Assembly (NCBI GenBank): GCA_041478555.1 | Contig: JBGOWI010000005.1 | Coordinates: 20,365 to 84,364, forward strand | Origin: Phycisphaerae bacterium | GTDB taxonomy: Bacteria; Planctomycetota; Phycisphaerae; Sedimentisphaerales; UBA12454 | Reading direction: 5' to 3' | Length of the DNA: 64,000 bases | Part shown: in pieces, positions 29,013 to 37,924 of the stretch | Numbering within the stretch: position 1 is the stretch's first letter | Layout: each line of letters starts with the position of its first letter | Program-made: the position numbers and the translations under genes | Notes under the pieces: generated by a model | What the model saw: only the letters and a program-made list of their open reading frames with translations | What the model was told of the DNA's origin: nothing | The model's database searches: none

Positions 29013-29399
29013 ACAGCATGACTGGCTCCTGCGTCTCCCCCTACGTCTTGCTTGTCGCAAGACAAGCTGTTGGGGGGTAGCGGGGATGATAGATTTTTAG
29101 TACAGCTTTATGGCGTAAGCCATCTCGGCGATTGATTTAAACCCGGATTTCCCGTATTAAGGCGGCGCAATGATATTTGGGATGTTATGCGGAACAATCG
29201 GGATTATGGCCTTGCTATCTTAACGATTGTAATTCGAGGAAGACTTTGGTATTATTGCGGCATGGCGTTAGCCATCCTGTGGATTGAAAGGCCTGGTTGC
29301 GTAGCCAGGCGTTTAATCCCCCCGCCCCTCCTGCGGCGGGCAAGCTAAGGCGGGTAAACTCTGGGGGATAAATATGGGAAATCTTAAGGAGAACTAAAA

Positions 29400-29813
29400 A
29401 TGAGTGAAAACAAAAAGGAAAATGAAGGTCAAAGCTGTTGCTGCTGCAAATGCTGGGGAAGAATTTTTATCACAATTGCACTTTTGACAATAGGGGCAGT
29501 AATCGGCCATGTGATGACTATGAGGCATCATTGCTGCCATCATATGAGGGGACTATGTGGCGGCAATGACATGCGCGCCTGCTGGGATAGAGGTGACAGG
29601 GAACGTGAGGGTAATTTCGAACATAAGTTCCGGGGGGAAAAGGAAGTTCGTGGTGAACAAAAGGGCTGGTTTGAACATAAGGCTGACACAGGAAAGCACA
29701 AACCAGGCTGCACTTGTCCGATATGTTCTAAAAAAGCTGCCTGGTTGTCAGAACCCAATAAAGCCGGTTGTCCGATGATGTACAAAAAAGAGGGTAAATC
29801 CGAGAAAGACTAA
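29400..29813 (+). CDS. Cys/His-rich single-TM hypothetical protein
   Basis: RBS AAGGAG; CCCCKC, TM segment, HHCCHH, CTCPIC. Confidence 0.7.
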   Translation: MSENKKENEGQSCCCCKCWGRIFITIALLTIGAVIGHVMTMRHHCCHHMRGLCGGNDMRACWDRGDREREGNFEHKFRGEKEVRGEQKGWFEHKADTGKHKPGCTCPICSKKAAWLSEPNKAGCPMMYKKEGKSEKD

Positions 29814-30042
29814 AAGCAGGATAACATAGCAGGTAGTAGAATAGACTCCAAGCTAACCCTTCTTTGTGGGAAATCCGGGGACACCGAAATGGAGAAAATC
29901 GAAAGTAGAAAGTTGACCCTGCCAAAGTCCGCCTGAGGCGGATAAAATTTAAGATTGAAGATTTAAGATTTCCGGGAATAACGTTGTCATGCCGACAACG
30001 GCTAAACACCCCCGACCACAGGGGTCGGGGCTAACCGAAGAT

Positions 30043-30303
30043 TTATTCTTCGTGGTTTTCGAGCATTTTGCGGAGATATTTGTTCTCCCGACGCGTAGCC
30101 TCCAAATCAAAAAGCAGATACTTGACCGTCAAGCGCAAATGGTCGAGAGAGTCCTGAAGGGTTTCCGTGTTCTGTTTGAACTTCTGATTATAAAGCTTTG
30201 TCTTTTGTGCCTGCGAAAGGAATTTTTTGCCCTGCTCGGCGGGCAGGTCATTGATTTCATTGAGGAGCTCGTTCAGCCTCGTTTCAAAAGCAGATGTGTC
30301 CAT
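30043..30303 (-). CDS. Small coiled-coil hypothetical protein
   Basis: 86 aa; RBS AGGAGG; LQDSLDHLRLTVKYLLFDLEATRRENKYLR. Confidence 0.85.
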   Translation of the reverse strand: MDTSAFETRLNELLNEINDLPAEQGKKFLSQAQKTKLYNQKFKQNTETLQDSLDHLRLTVKYLLFDLEATRRENKYLRKMLENHEE

Positions 30304-30379
30304 TTGTAAATCCTCCTACCAAAATCTTCTTCTTCAGCTTCCCTCCCTGAGATTAGAACGTGTCCTTATAAGTTTTCAG

Positions 30380-30395
30380 TGCAAAGTCTGTGCCA
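30380..30395 (-). promoter_or_regulatory. sigma54 (-24/-12) promoter of the 30303 gene
   Basis: TGGCACAGACTTTGCA matches TGGCAC-N5-TTGC. Confidence 0.8.
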
Positions 30396-30739
30396 TAAGA
30401 CTTTGGCTGATACGATGTTGCTTCAATCGCCTGAAAAATGAGGGTTTGCGGATTGCGGGGGCGGCGTTTTTTTTGGTGGCAAATATTGTGCATTTTGCGA
30501 GCTTTGAGGCAGTGTTGCAGAAAATGGACACAAAACCAGTAACCGGTGTTTTTATATAATGTAACTTGCTTTCAAATATACAGATATATATCTAAGGTCT
30601 CCGTTGTTATAAATCAACATGTCAAGTCGGCTTGGCGGCAGGTTGTACTTGCAGAAAGACAAAAACGGGAGTAAAATTAACGAATAGACAAAACCCCCGG
30701 TAAAACCGGGGGCTAAATATAATAAAAAGAGAAACCGAA

Positions 30740-31612
30740 ATGAAAATAAAACTGCCTGAAAAGCTGTGGCAACCGGAGTGGTATCTGGTGTTTGCGGGAT
30801 TAGCTTTTGTGGCTCTTATCCTTTGGCTTGTTTATGAGGCGGTAAGGAGCCTGAAAGAACAGCAGGGAAAAATCGCACAAATCAACGATTCATTGGCCGC
30901 AAATAAAAACCTGCTTGAGCAGATAAATCAGGGCGTAAGGCTGAGCGAGGCTGCAAAGACAATCGCATACCGGGATACGGACAGACAACAACTGCGTGCG
31001 AGCGTTATGGAAAAGCTGCATCAGCAGGATTTCGAAGCAACTTATGCAATGATAGAAGACATCGCACGAAGAAACGAATATAAACAGCTCGCGGGTGAAC
31101 TGAAACTGACCGCTGACGAGTACAGAAACGCAACCGACCTCGAAAGAGTCAACCAGATTATCAGTTATATCGATAAGCTGCTTGAACAGCATCAGTGGAC
31201 CACGGCAAGCGTGCAGATTGAAAGACTGCTGGCGCTTTATCCTGATTCGGAAAAGGCAAAAACGATGCAGCACGAGCTTGTCGAAAAAAAGGAACAGCGA
31301 AAAAGAGAGTTGCTCGCTGCGTGGGACCAGGCGGTAAAAAAAGCTGATACCGATTACAGCCTTATGATATTAAAAGAACTGGATTTGTACCTGACGCCGA
31401 GCGAAGGACTGGCACTGCAGGAGGCGGCAAGCGAGGTATTCAAAAATAAACTCCATAACCTCGGTGTGCAGTTCGCTCTTGCCGTGAGCGATAAGCACTG
31501 GGAAAAGGCGCTCGAAACGGGACAGGAGATTATCAGAGATTTTCCCAACAGCAGAATAGCAGATGAAATCAGAAGCAAAATGGCGATTCTGAGAGAACTG
31601 GCGAAAGAATAG
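30740..31612 (+). CDS. Membrane-anchored helical (TPR-like) hypothetical protein
   Basis: 290 aa; N-terminal TM followed by helical repeats. Confidence 0.8.
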   Translation: MKIKLPEKLWQPEWYLVFAGLAFVALILWLVYEAVRSLKEQQGKIAQINDSLAANKNLLEQINQGVRLSEAAKTIAYRDTDRQQLRASVMEKLHQQDFEATYAMIEDIARRNEYKQLAGELKLTADEYRNATDLERVNQIISYIDKLLEQHQWTTASVQIERLLALYPDSEKAKTMQHELVEKKEQRKRELLAAWDQAVKKADTDYSLMILKELDLYLTPSEGLALQEAASEVFKNKLHNLGVQFALAVSDKHWEKALETGQEIIRDFPNSRIADEIRSKMAILRELAKE

Positions 31613-31883
31613 AAGGCAGAATGCCCCTCTGGCGTCGCCCGCAGCTTGTCTATGTTTGCTCGATTAAGGCTTCGTTGGATAATAAGCGAATCAACAAGCA
31701 TACATGGCGTGCTGTAAAAGTTTTGAGGCAGCCCTGAACGTACAGCCGTTGCTCGTGGTCGTTGGAACAACGCCAACCTCTTCGTCAAAGCTTCCGCTGT
31801 TCACCGTGATGAGCAGATTCTCAATGTCAACCGGCTTTATCCTTATTCCAAAAATCTCATTTCAGCCCTAAATTTTAAGGCCT

Positions 31884-31920
31884 AAAAAAGAGAGTTCTGG
31901 AGAACCGCCAGAACTCTCTT
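31884..31920 (-). terminator. Intrinsic terminator of the vWA gene
   Basis: agagagttctgg-loop-ccagaactctct followed by a T run on the minus strand. Confidence 0.75.
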
Positions 31921-31951
31921 CTGATTAGTAGCAACGTGTTTCTACTTAGAT

Positions 31952-34900
31952 TTATGGCTTGTAAGCATAGTCAGTTGCCGTGTAGGTGTCAAATGCTATG
32001 CCAAACGTTACCGGAACTGTCGGAACTGGCACAGCCAAGCTGCAATCCGGGGTAGCGCCCTTTATTTGGGCAGTGAACGTGCCTTTTTCAAAATCAATTT
32101 TGACCTTGACGATTTCATTAGTGTCAGCCGTAGCTCCACCCTTGGCAGTCTCGTATATTGGACCCTTATGTGTTCTGCCGTAGTATCGATCATAGTGGAA
32201 TTGCAAGTCAAAAACGAAATTTCTAAGGCCCCAGGTCAGGGTGCAACTACCAATGTGGTATAATGGATCACCGCTAAATTCCGTCGGCACCGGCAGCAGA
32301 GATGCAATGCTTCCCATAACCGTGAGCGAATCGCCCTTTCCCGTCCGGCCTTGTTTAACTGTCCATTTTCCCACTTTTAGCGTATCGGCATACCCGTTCA
32401 TCAACGTTGTGGGAATGAGTACTCTACTGCCATTAACTATATCTTCGCCTGCTTGACCTACCCCAACGTAATCGCCAATCTCAATCTTTATAAACAGTGG
32501 GCAACTCAAACCACCAAGGCAGATATTTTTGGCCTGCAATGAGAAAGTTTGTTTGATCAAATCAAGGTTAAATGCAGTTATAGCCCCGGGACCACCTTTC
32601 GGAATTCGGTATTGGCAGTGGTACTTGCCTTTCTTTCCTCTGGTCGGGTCAAAGGCGATGGTTCCGCTGTAGCCTGTTGGATTGCAGGCATCGTAGATTT
32701 TAACATATACCTCGCTGGCGCTATTGATATCATTTTCTTCAATGCCGTTAGGGTCAACGAATCTCCCGGAACACGTAATGCTATCCATTTCCACCTTTTT
32801 GCCCTTACCAGCATTGATGTTACATTTATCAATCGTAATGTTACTGTCAGGAGGTGGTGTATACCCAGCCGTTGTCACTTGCAGAGACGCAGATCGCGAG
32901 AAATCCTCTCTTACAAGCTTATCTTTGATTTGCTTCGGGAGGTTTCCATTTACATCAGCAGACATTATAGCACCGTTGTATGTGAGTACCGCCTTGCCGC
33001 TATAATTGTCCATCTGGATAGAAATCTTGTGCAAACCATTTTGCCTGTAAATCAGATTACCAGTATATTTACCATCTTTAGCCAGAGAATCTGGTGTTAC
33101 GCCATCATCCCTAAGCGTAAAAGGTGTGATACTTCCACAGGGATCTTCAACCTGTGCAAATACATCAGCGCCAGCAATCGGCAATCCTTTTTCCATAGTT
33201 GCAGTCAATACAACAGTTGCTGGATACGTAACCGAAGTGCCTGCCGAGGAATCCACAGAAAGCGAATAGGTGACATCTTCCGGTAAACCACTGGCCCGGT
33301 AGCTGAAATCCATTATTGCGCCAGCGTTGGAAGAAGCGTCAAGTTCCCATTGTCCCATTTCGGGATTTTCCACGGAATATTGATAGAGAGTCTGGCCACC
33401 GGATTCAGTATTGCTGTCAGCAGCCACCTCAATGTCACTGGGGTTGTACAGATGAACATCCACATCTGCCAAACTACCAGTGTATGTAACTATTAAATCT
33501 AATCGGCCCAAAGTTGAATCTACCTGAAGAGGAAATGTCTCTGTTCGCCGATTAACAGTCTGGCTTCCAATGCCCACACCTTGACTGTCAGAAGCCTGCA
33601 GGAAGGCATCATCAAATACTTGGGTTACTTCCGCCAACGTCGTCGGCGACAGATAGATCTGGCCGCCTGTCTCATCCGCCATAGCACCCAAAGTAGCCGT
33701 ATCTGCATAGGTGCCATAGGCAAAAGTATAAATAGGAATCTGGGCGGCCTGATAAGCAGGAATTACAGACAAGGGGTCATCACCGGGGACGGTGCTTTCC
33801 CCATCGCTCAGCAGAAAGACCATCTTGGTGTCTTTTGTGGAACCAGTAGCAAGCAGACCGTTCAACGCTGCATTAGCAGCAGCTCCAATGGCTGTCATTC
33901 CATCAGCAGTAATAGTATCGATTATGCCCTTAATAGCATCTTTCGTTGCTTGACTGTTAATTGGGATAATAGGCTGCAGAACCGTGACGACATCATCAAA
34001 CATTATGACCCCGAGTTTGGTTTCATTTACTTCGGCCTTATCAACTAACAGTTTTGCAGCTATTTTCGCATTTTCAACTATTCCACTCATACTGCCGGAC
34101 TGATCGATGACAATCTGATAAACCAGGTTAGCATCGCCCATCCATATAATGTTAACATCGCTGCGGGCTGTACCGGGCAGCTGGATAGCCGGCGTGTTGG
34201 CGCCTGCCGGGGCAACAGTAGCGAGCTCCGAATAGTATGTACGAGGCCCCAACGACATTTTGTTGGCGTCATCATTTGTTGTATTACTGGATAATGTCTC
34301 CCAAGCGCTTTTACCGAAAACTCGATGCTGTTTGGTTATTCTAGTGTTTTGGTACGGTCCGGCGGGGTTACTTAAGCCATCCCAGGCGATGGAAAAGTTC
34401 AGCCAATTGTAGTGGCCACCCCTCGCATCCCATTGTCTATTCATAATCGCAGGCACAACGGGCTTATCGCCGGCCTGTAATAAATATTCATCATATAATC
34501 CGTAGTAATAGTGGCCCCATTCATGGGCGCAAGTGTATCCTGCACCATCAAGGTCGGCCAGCATATCGTGATCATGGCCAGCTCCTTCTCCGTCTTCAAA
34601 AATATCATACATATTAATATGGCCGCCAGTTACGTTTACGCCTCCCTTGTATGGCACATGAGGATGACCTTTTGCGTGCCATTGGAGGTTTGCTCTGGAA
34701 GCGTATTTTCCATTTGTATATATTCTTATATTTCTTAACTTATGTGTGCCTTCTGTTGACTCGTATACTCCATCAGCGAAGTATTGGAATATTTTTTCAT
34801 ACGTATCCTGTTTTTCTGAGCCAGGATTGCCCTGGGTGCTGCCATCATCATCTCCGCAAGGGTCGTTGTATAGCGAGACTATGACATCAACCAGTACAGT

Positions 34901-35149
34901 GCCAGGAACAGGAACAAGAGCAGGTGATGCTGTTAAATGTCTGATAGTCTCAGGAGCGTTAGCGTCGATTTTATCTATGTTAGTAATCGAGGAAGATGGT
35001 ATCGTTTTGTCGTTCACCACACGGCCCGAAAACCAGTGTACCTTCGCTTTAGCGAAATTTGCAACGAACAAAAACGCCACAAAACTTAACAAAAATAGCT
35101 TCGGAAAACGGGTGCTTTTACCTGCTATAAAGTTCTTGTTAGTTTTCAT
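31952..35149 (-). CDS. Secreted CLCA-like zinc metalloprotease with vWA and beta-sandwich domains
   Basis: HEWGHYYYGLYDEY; MIDAS DQSGSM..TAIG..LSDG; LRDDG..DGKYTG; ATG at 35149 with RBS GAAAGGA. Confidence 0.8.
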   Translation of the reverse strand: MKTNKNFIAGKSTRFPKLFLLSFVAFLFVANFAKAKVHWFSGRVVNDKTIPSSSITNIDKIDANAPETIRHLTASPALVPVPGTVLVDVIVSLYNDPCGDDDGSTQGNPGSEKQDTYEKIFQYFADGVYESTEGTHKLRNIRIYTNGKYASRANLQWHAKGHPHVPYKGGVNVTGGHINMYDIFEDGEGAGHDHDMLADLDGAGYTCAHEWGHYYYGLYDEYLLQAGDKPVVPAIMNRQWDARGGHYNWLNFSIAWDGLSNPAGPYQNTRITKQHRVFGKSAWETLSSNTTNDDANKMSLGPRTYYSELATVAPAGANTPAIQLPGTARSDVNIIWMGDANLVYQIVIDQSGSMSGIVENAKIAAKLLVDKAEVNETKLGVIMFDDVVTVLQPIIPINSQATKDAIKGIIDTITADGMTAIGAAANAALNGLLATGSTKDTKMVFLLSDGESTVPGDDPLSVIPAYQAAQIPIYTFAYGTYADTATLGAMADETGGQIYLSPTTLAEVTQVFDDAFLQASDSQGVGIGSQTVNRRTETFPLQVDSTLGRLDLIVTYTGSLADVDVHLYNPSDIEVAADSNTESGGQTLYQYSVENPEMGQWELDASSNAGAIMDFSYRASGLPEDVTYSLSVDSSAGTSVTYPATVVLTATMEKGLPIAGADVFAQVEDPCGSITPFTLRDDGVTPDSLAKDGKYTGNLIYRQNGLHKISIQMDNYSGKAVLTYNGAIMSADVNGNLPKQIKDKLVREDFSRSASLQVTTAGYTPPPDSNITIDKCNINAGKGKKVEMDSITCSGRFVDPNGIEENDINSASEVYVKIYDACNPTGYSGTIAFDPTRGKKGKYHCQYRIPKGGPGAITAFNLDLIKQTFSLQAKNICLGGLSCPLFIKIEIGDYVGVGQAGEDIVNGSRVLIPTTLMNGYADTLKVGKWTVKQGRTGKGDSLTVMGSIASLLPVPTEFSGDPLYHIGSCTLTWGLRNFVFDLQFHYDRYYGRTHKGPIYETAKGGATADTNEIVKVKIDFEKGTFTAQIKGATPDCSLAVPVPTVPVTFGIAFDTYTATDYAYKP

Positions 35150-35224
35150 ATTGCAATTCCTTTCTGAAAAATAAACAACATTCTTCTTATCGATTCCCAA
35201 TTTTACCGTTAACGTTTCACATTT

Positions 35225-36256
35225 TCACTGTTTATTTTTTGATTTTTGTTGTTTTTGCAATATCAAACTCCTTATTTGAAAGGCGTCGCCTCGAAATAAT
35301 AGCTCAATATCATCCCTTCCGGGCGTGAATTCCTTGCGGAATGTTGCAAACGGGTTATCAGAATCTTCAATATGTATCAGATAAAAGGGATTTTCCACTG
35401 CTTTTTTGATATATGGGTTCTTCGTAAAGTCTGCCTCAGTAAGAATTTTGAAAAGATTGGCTTTCCGAAATTCTTCCGCAGTTCTCTCGTCCAGCAAACA
35501 ACCTCGGATATATGGGCCGGGTGTTATCTGCGAAGATTTTTCCGGCTCTTCCTTTATTTTCTTTAAAACCTCTAATATTCCTTGGATGGAATCCGGGACA
35601 GAATCCTTTTTGCCTGCCCAGACGTAACGACCAAATTTGTTAAGGTTTGCGTAGATAATCACATGAGGAGGATAGTATTCAGATATTGCCTCAGATGGCT
35701 CTTGCCCTCGGAACTTAACCTCTTTTGGCATTTCGTGAATTGTGCCCGCCAACTCTCTGAAGAAAACCTCCGTTTGTACCCGGTATTCTGTAAGAGCCAG
35801 GATTTCCCCGTCGTGTTCGACGCTTTTCTGCAACAGCCCTTTTTTGTCAAGATAAGTCGTCTCTATGTCCAATCCGCTACCGCCCACAAGAGGCCCATAT
35901 TCTTCTATGTAGAAATATTCACTTTCAGCGACATCCTCAATAGCACTTCGGGAATTAGGCTCGGCAGGGGATGCCAATTGCGATCCCGACTGCAAGAAAC
36001 CGGGAAAATCTCTTTCGGCGGCTAAAGTAGCCAGGTTAACATCATATAACACCTGCTCTGTTTTTAAGGGTTCAACCACCCGTTTCTGTTCTATCTTTGA
36101 GGGTTCATCTGCCCGTGTCTGTTCTGTTTTTGAGAACTTAGCCAGCCAGATGGCAAGCAGTATAAATCCAGCGGCAAGCATTACGAAAAGCACACCCAGC
36201 AACCGACTAACAATTGTTCCACAGTTTTTTCGCCGCCCACGTGCTGTCATGGTCAA
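35225..36256 (-). CDS. Membrane-anchored hypothetical protein, probably co-transcribed with the vWA gene
   Basis: 343 aa ORF with N-terminal TM; no motif recognised. Confidence 0.75.
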   Translation of the reverse strand: MTMTARGRRKNCGTIVSRLLGVLFVMLAAGFILLAIWLAKFSKTEQTRADEPSKIEQKRVVEPLKTEQVLYDVNLATLAAERDFPGFLQSGSQLASPAEPNSRSAIEDVAESEYFYIEEYGPLVGGSGLDIETTYLDKKGLLQKSVEHDGEILALTEYRVQTEVFFRELAGTIHEMPKEVKFRGQEPSEAISEYYPPHVIIYANLNKFGRYVWAGKKDSVPDSIQGILEVLKKIKEEPEKSSQITPGPYIRGCLLDERTAEEFRKANLFKILTEADFTKNPYIKKAVENPFYLIHIEDSDNPFATFRKEFTPGRDDIELLFRGDAFQIRSLILQKQQKSKNKQ

Positions 36257-36613
36257 ATCGAACTTTCCTTACAAGGTATGTCTGCAAAAAATGGGTATTT
36301 GGTACTATACGAACAACACACCCAACCTCAATACCAATACCCCAAAGTAGAATTTTTAAAAGAAGCAAATATCATACTGATACCAGCCGCTTTGTCAATC
36401 GATAAAAACAGGAAGGTCATATCATGTCATGATAGATTGTAGCACATAACTACTGTTGTTTTCAGGTCTTACAATAACAGCCAGGTCATAGGCGGCGGAA
36501 TTAACTCCAACGGTCAAATTCATGCGTTTCTGTTTGTAATACCGGAGCCGACAACAATTGTTCTACTAAGTTTCGGCGGATTATCTATTCTCATCAGAAG
36601 GAAAACTATCTGA

Positions 36614-37921
36614 TTATTCGCTCATCAGATTTTTTACCGTGTATTGAGCAAGGGTCTGTCTGTAATTTTTGTTTATCCGCTTTATAACGGCAGCTTCGTC
36701 GCCGGGGGCAACAAATGAAGCGTTTTTAACGGCATCGTAAATTTCCGCAAGATTGAGATTTTCTGCAATCGTAGCGGGAGCAAAACCTGTCGCAGGCTCG
36801 CTCGTTTTTAAGAGCAATCCTGCCTTTACGAGGAGATTGAGGATTTTTTCCGTAAAATCGGCAGGCAGGTTCAACTGACTGCAGACAAGCTCAGCCGGCA
36901 CCGGCACATTTTTCTGCTCAAAGGCAGTGCAGATAAATTTTATGATATTCATCACCTGCACATCGGTCGCGAGGAAATATTCCTGCCGCCGGTTTGCCAC
37001 CGCTTTTTCGGCCTCCTCGATAGTCTTTAAATTTTGAGTTGTAAAGGTAAGCTGAAGGCCGAAAAGGACGATGAGCCAGGTTATGTAAATCCACAAGACG
37101 CCCAGCGGGATAAGGCCCAGTATGCCATAGAACACGCTGTATGGAATAAGCTTGACCATATAAAGGCCGAATGCCCACTTGGCGAGCAGCCAGGCCAATG
37201 CCGCAATCAGCGCGCCCCAGAGAGCCGCTCTGGAATTCACTTTTGCATTGGGCATAAGCATATACAGCGCGAATAAGCCAGCAAACGCAATAGCGAACGG
37301 CACAACCGGTCCTATATAAGTAAAGATACTCTTACTAAGATGGCCGGCGATGCTGTAGCGGGCGTTGACATAAACCGCAACTCCGAACAGCAGCGGACCC
37401 AGCGTCAGAAAGGCCCAGTAATTTGTAATCCTCTGAATCAGATTTCGGCCGCGGCTGACACCCCATATAGTGTTGAACGAATTTTCGATGGTGCTTAATA
37501 ATGCGATAGCCGCCCATATAATAAACACGCAGCTGATGATGGTAATCGAACCCTTGTTCAGGTTACTGTAAAAGCTGGTTGTAAATTCATCGATTTTCTG
37601 CGCGAGAGTAATTTTGTCGGTTGGATTGTTTGGGTCAATGGGATACTGGACGTTTTTAATGAAAGTCTGTTCGTAGAAAAAATTCCTTAACGGTGCACCC
37701 AGGTCTTCAAAGGCGCCGAGAGAATGGAAAATCAGAAGCATCACAATCGCAAGCGGCACAATTCCGAATATCGTATTATACGAGAGAATGGAGGCCTGCT
37801 GGTCCGCCCTGTTTTTGTACAGCAGTTTTATACATTGAGGCCAAAGTCTTATCTGAAAAAATATAAAGTGCGTGAATTTTCCCAGCTTGTCCGTCGGTTC
37901 GGATAATAATTTCCTGAACAT
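36614..37921 (-). CDS. YihY/BrkB family membrane protein with C-terminal winged-helix-like domain
   Basis: ASILSYNT, IENSFNTIW, YW..LTLGP, YGILG.IP...LWIY..W.IVLFG. Confidence 0.88.
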   Translation of the reverse strand: MFRKLLSEPTDKLGKFTHFIFFQIRLWPQCIKLLYKNRADQQASILSYNTIFGIVPLAIVMLLIFHSLGAFEDLGAPLRNFFYEQTFIKNVQYPIDPNNPTDKITLAQKIDEFTTSFYSNLNKGSITIISCVFIIWAAIALLSTIENSFNTIWGVSRGRNLIQRITNYWAFLTLGPLLFGVAVYVNARYSIAGHLSKSIFTYIGPVVPFAIAFAGLFALYMLMPNAKVNSRAALWGALIAALAWLLAKWAFGLYMVKLIPYSVFYGILGLIPLGVLWIYITWLIVLFGLQLTFTTQNLKTIEEAEKAVANRRQEYFLATDVQVMNIIKFICTAFEQKNVPVPAELVCSQLNLPADFTEKILNLLVKAGLLLKTSEPATGFAPATIAENLNLAEIYDAVKNASFVAPGDEAAVIKRINKNYRQTLAQYTVKNLMSE

Positions 37922-37924
37922 AAC

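Noticed and set aside
31620-31860. Possible ncRNA or gene fragment between convergent genes
   Set aside because: No recognisable RNA family; the short open frame lacks a start and any motif
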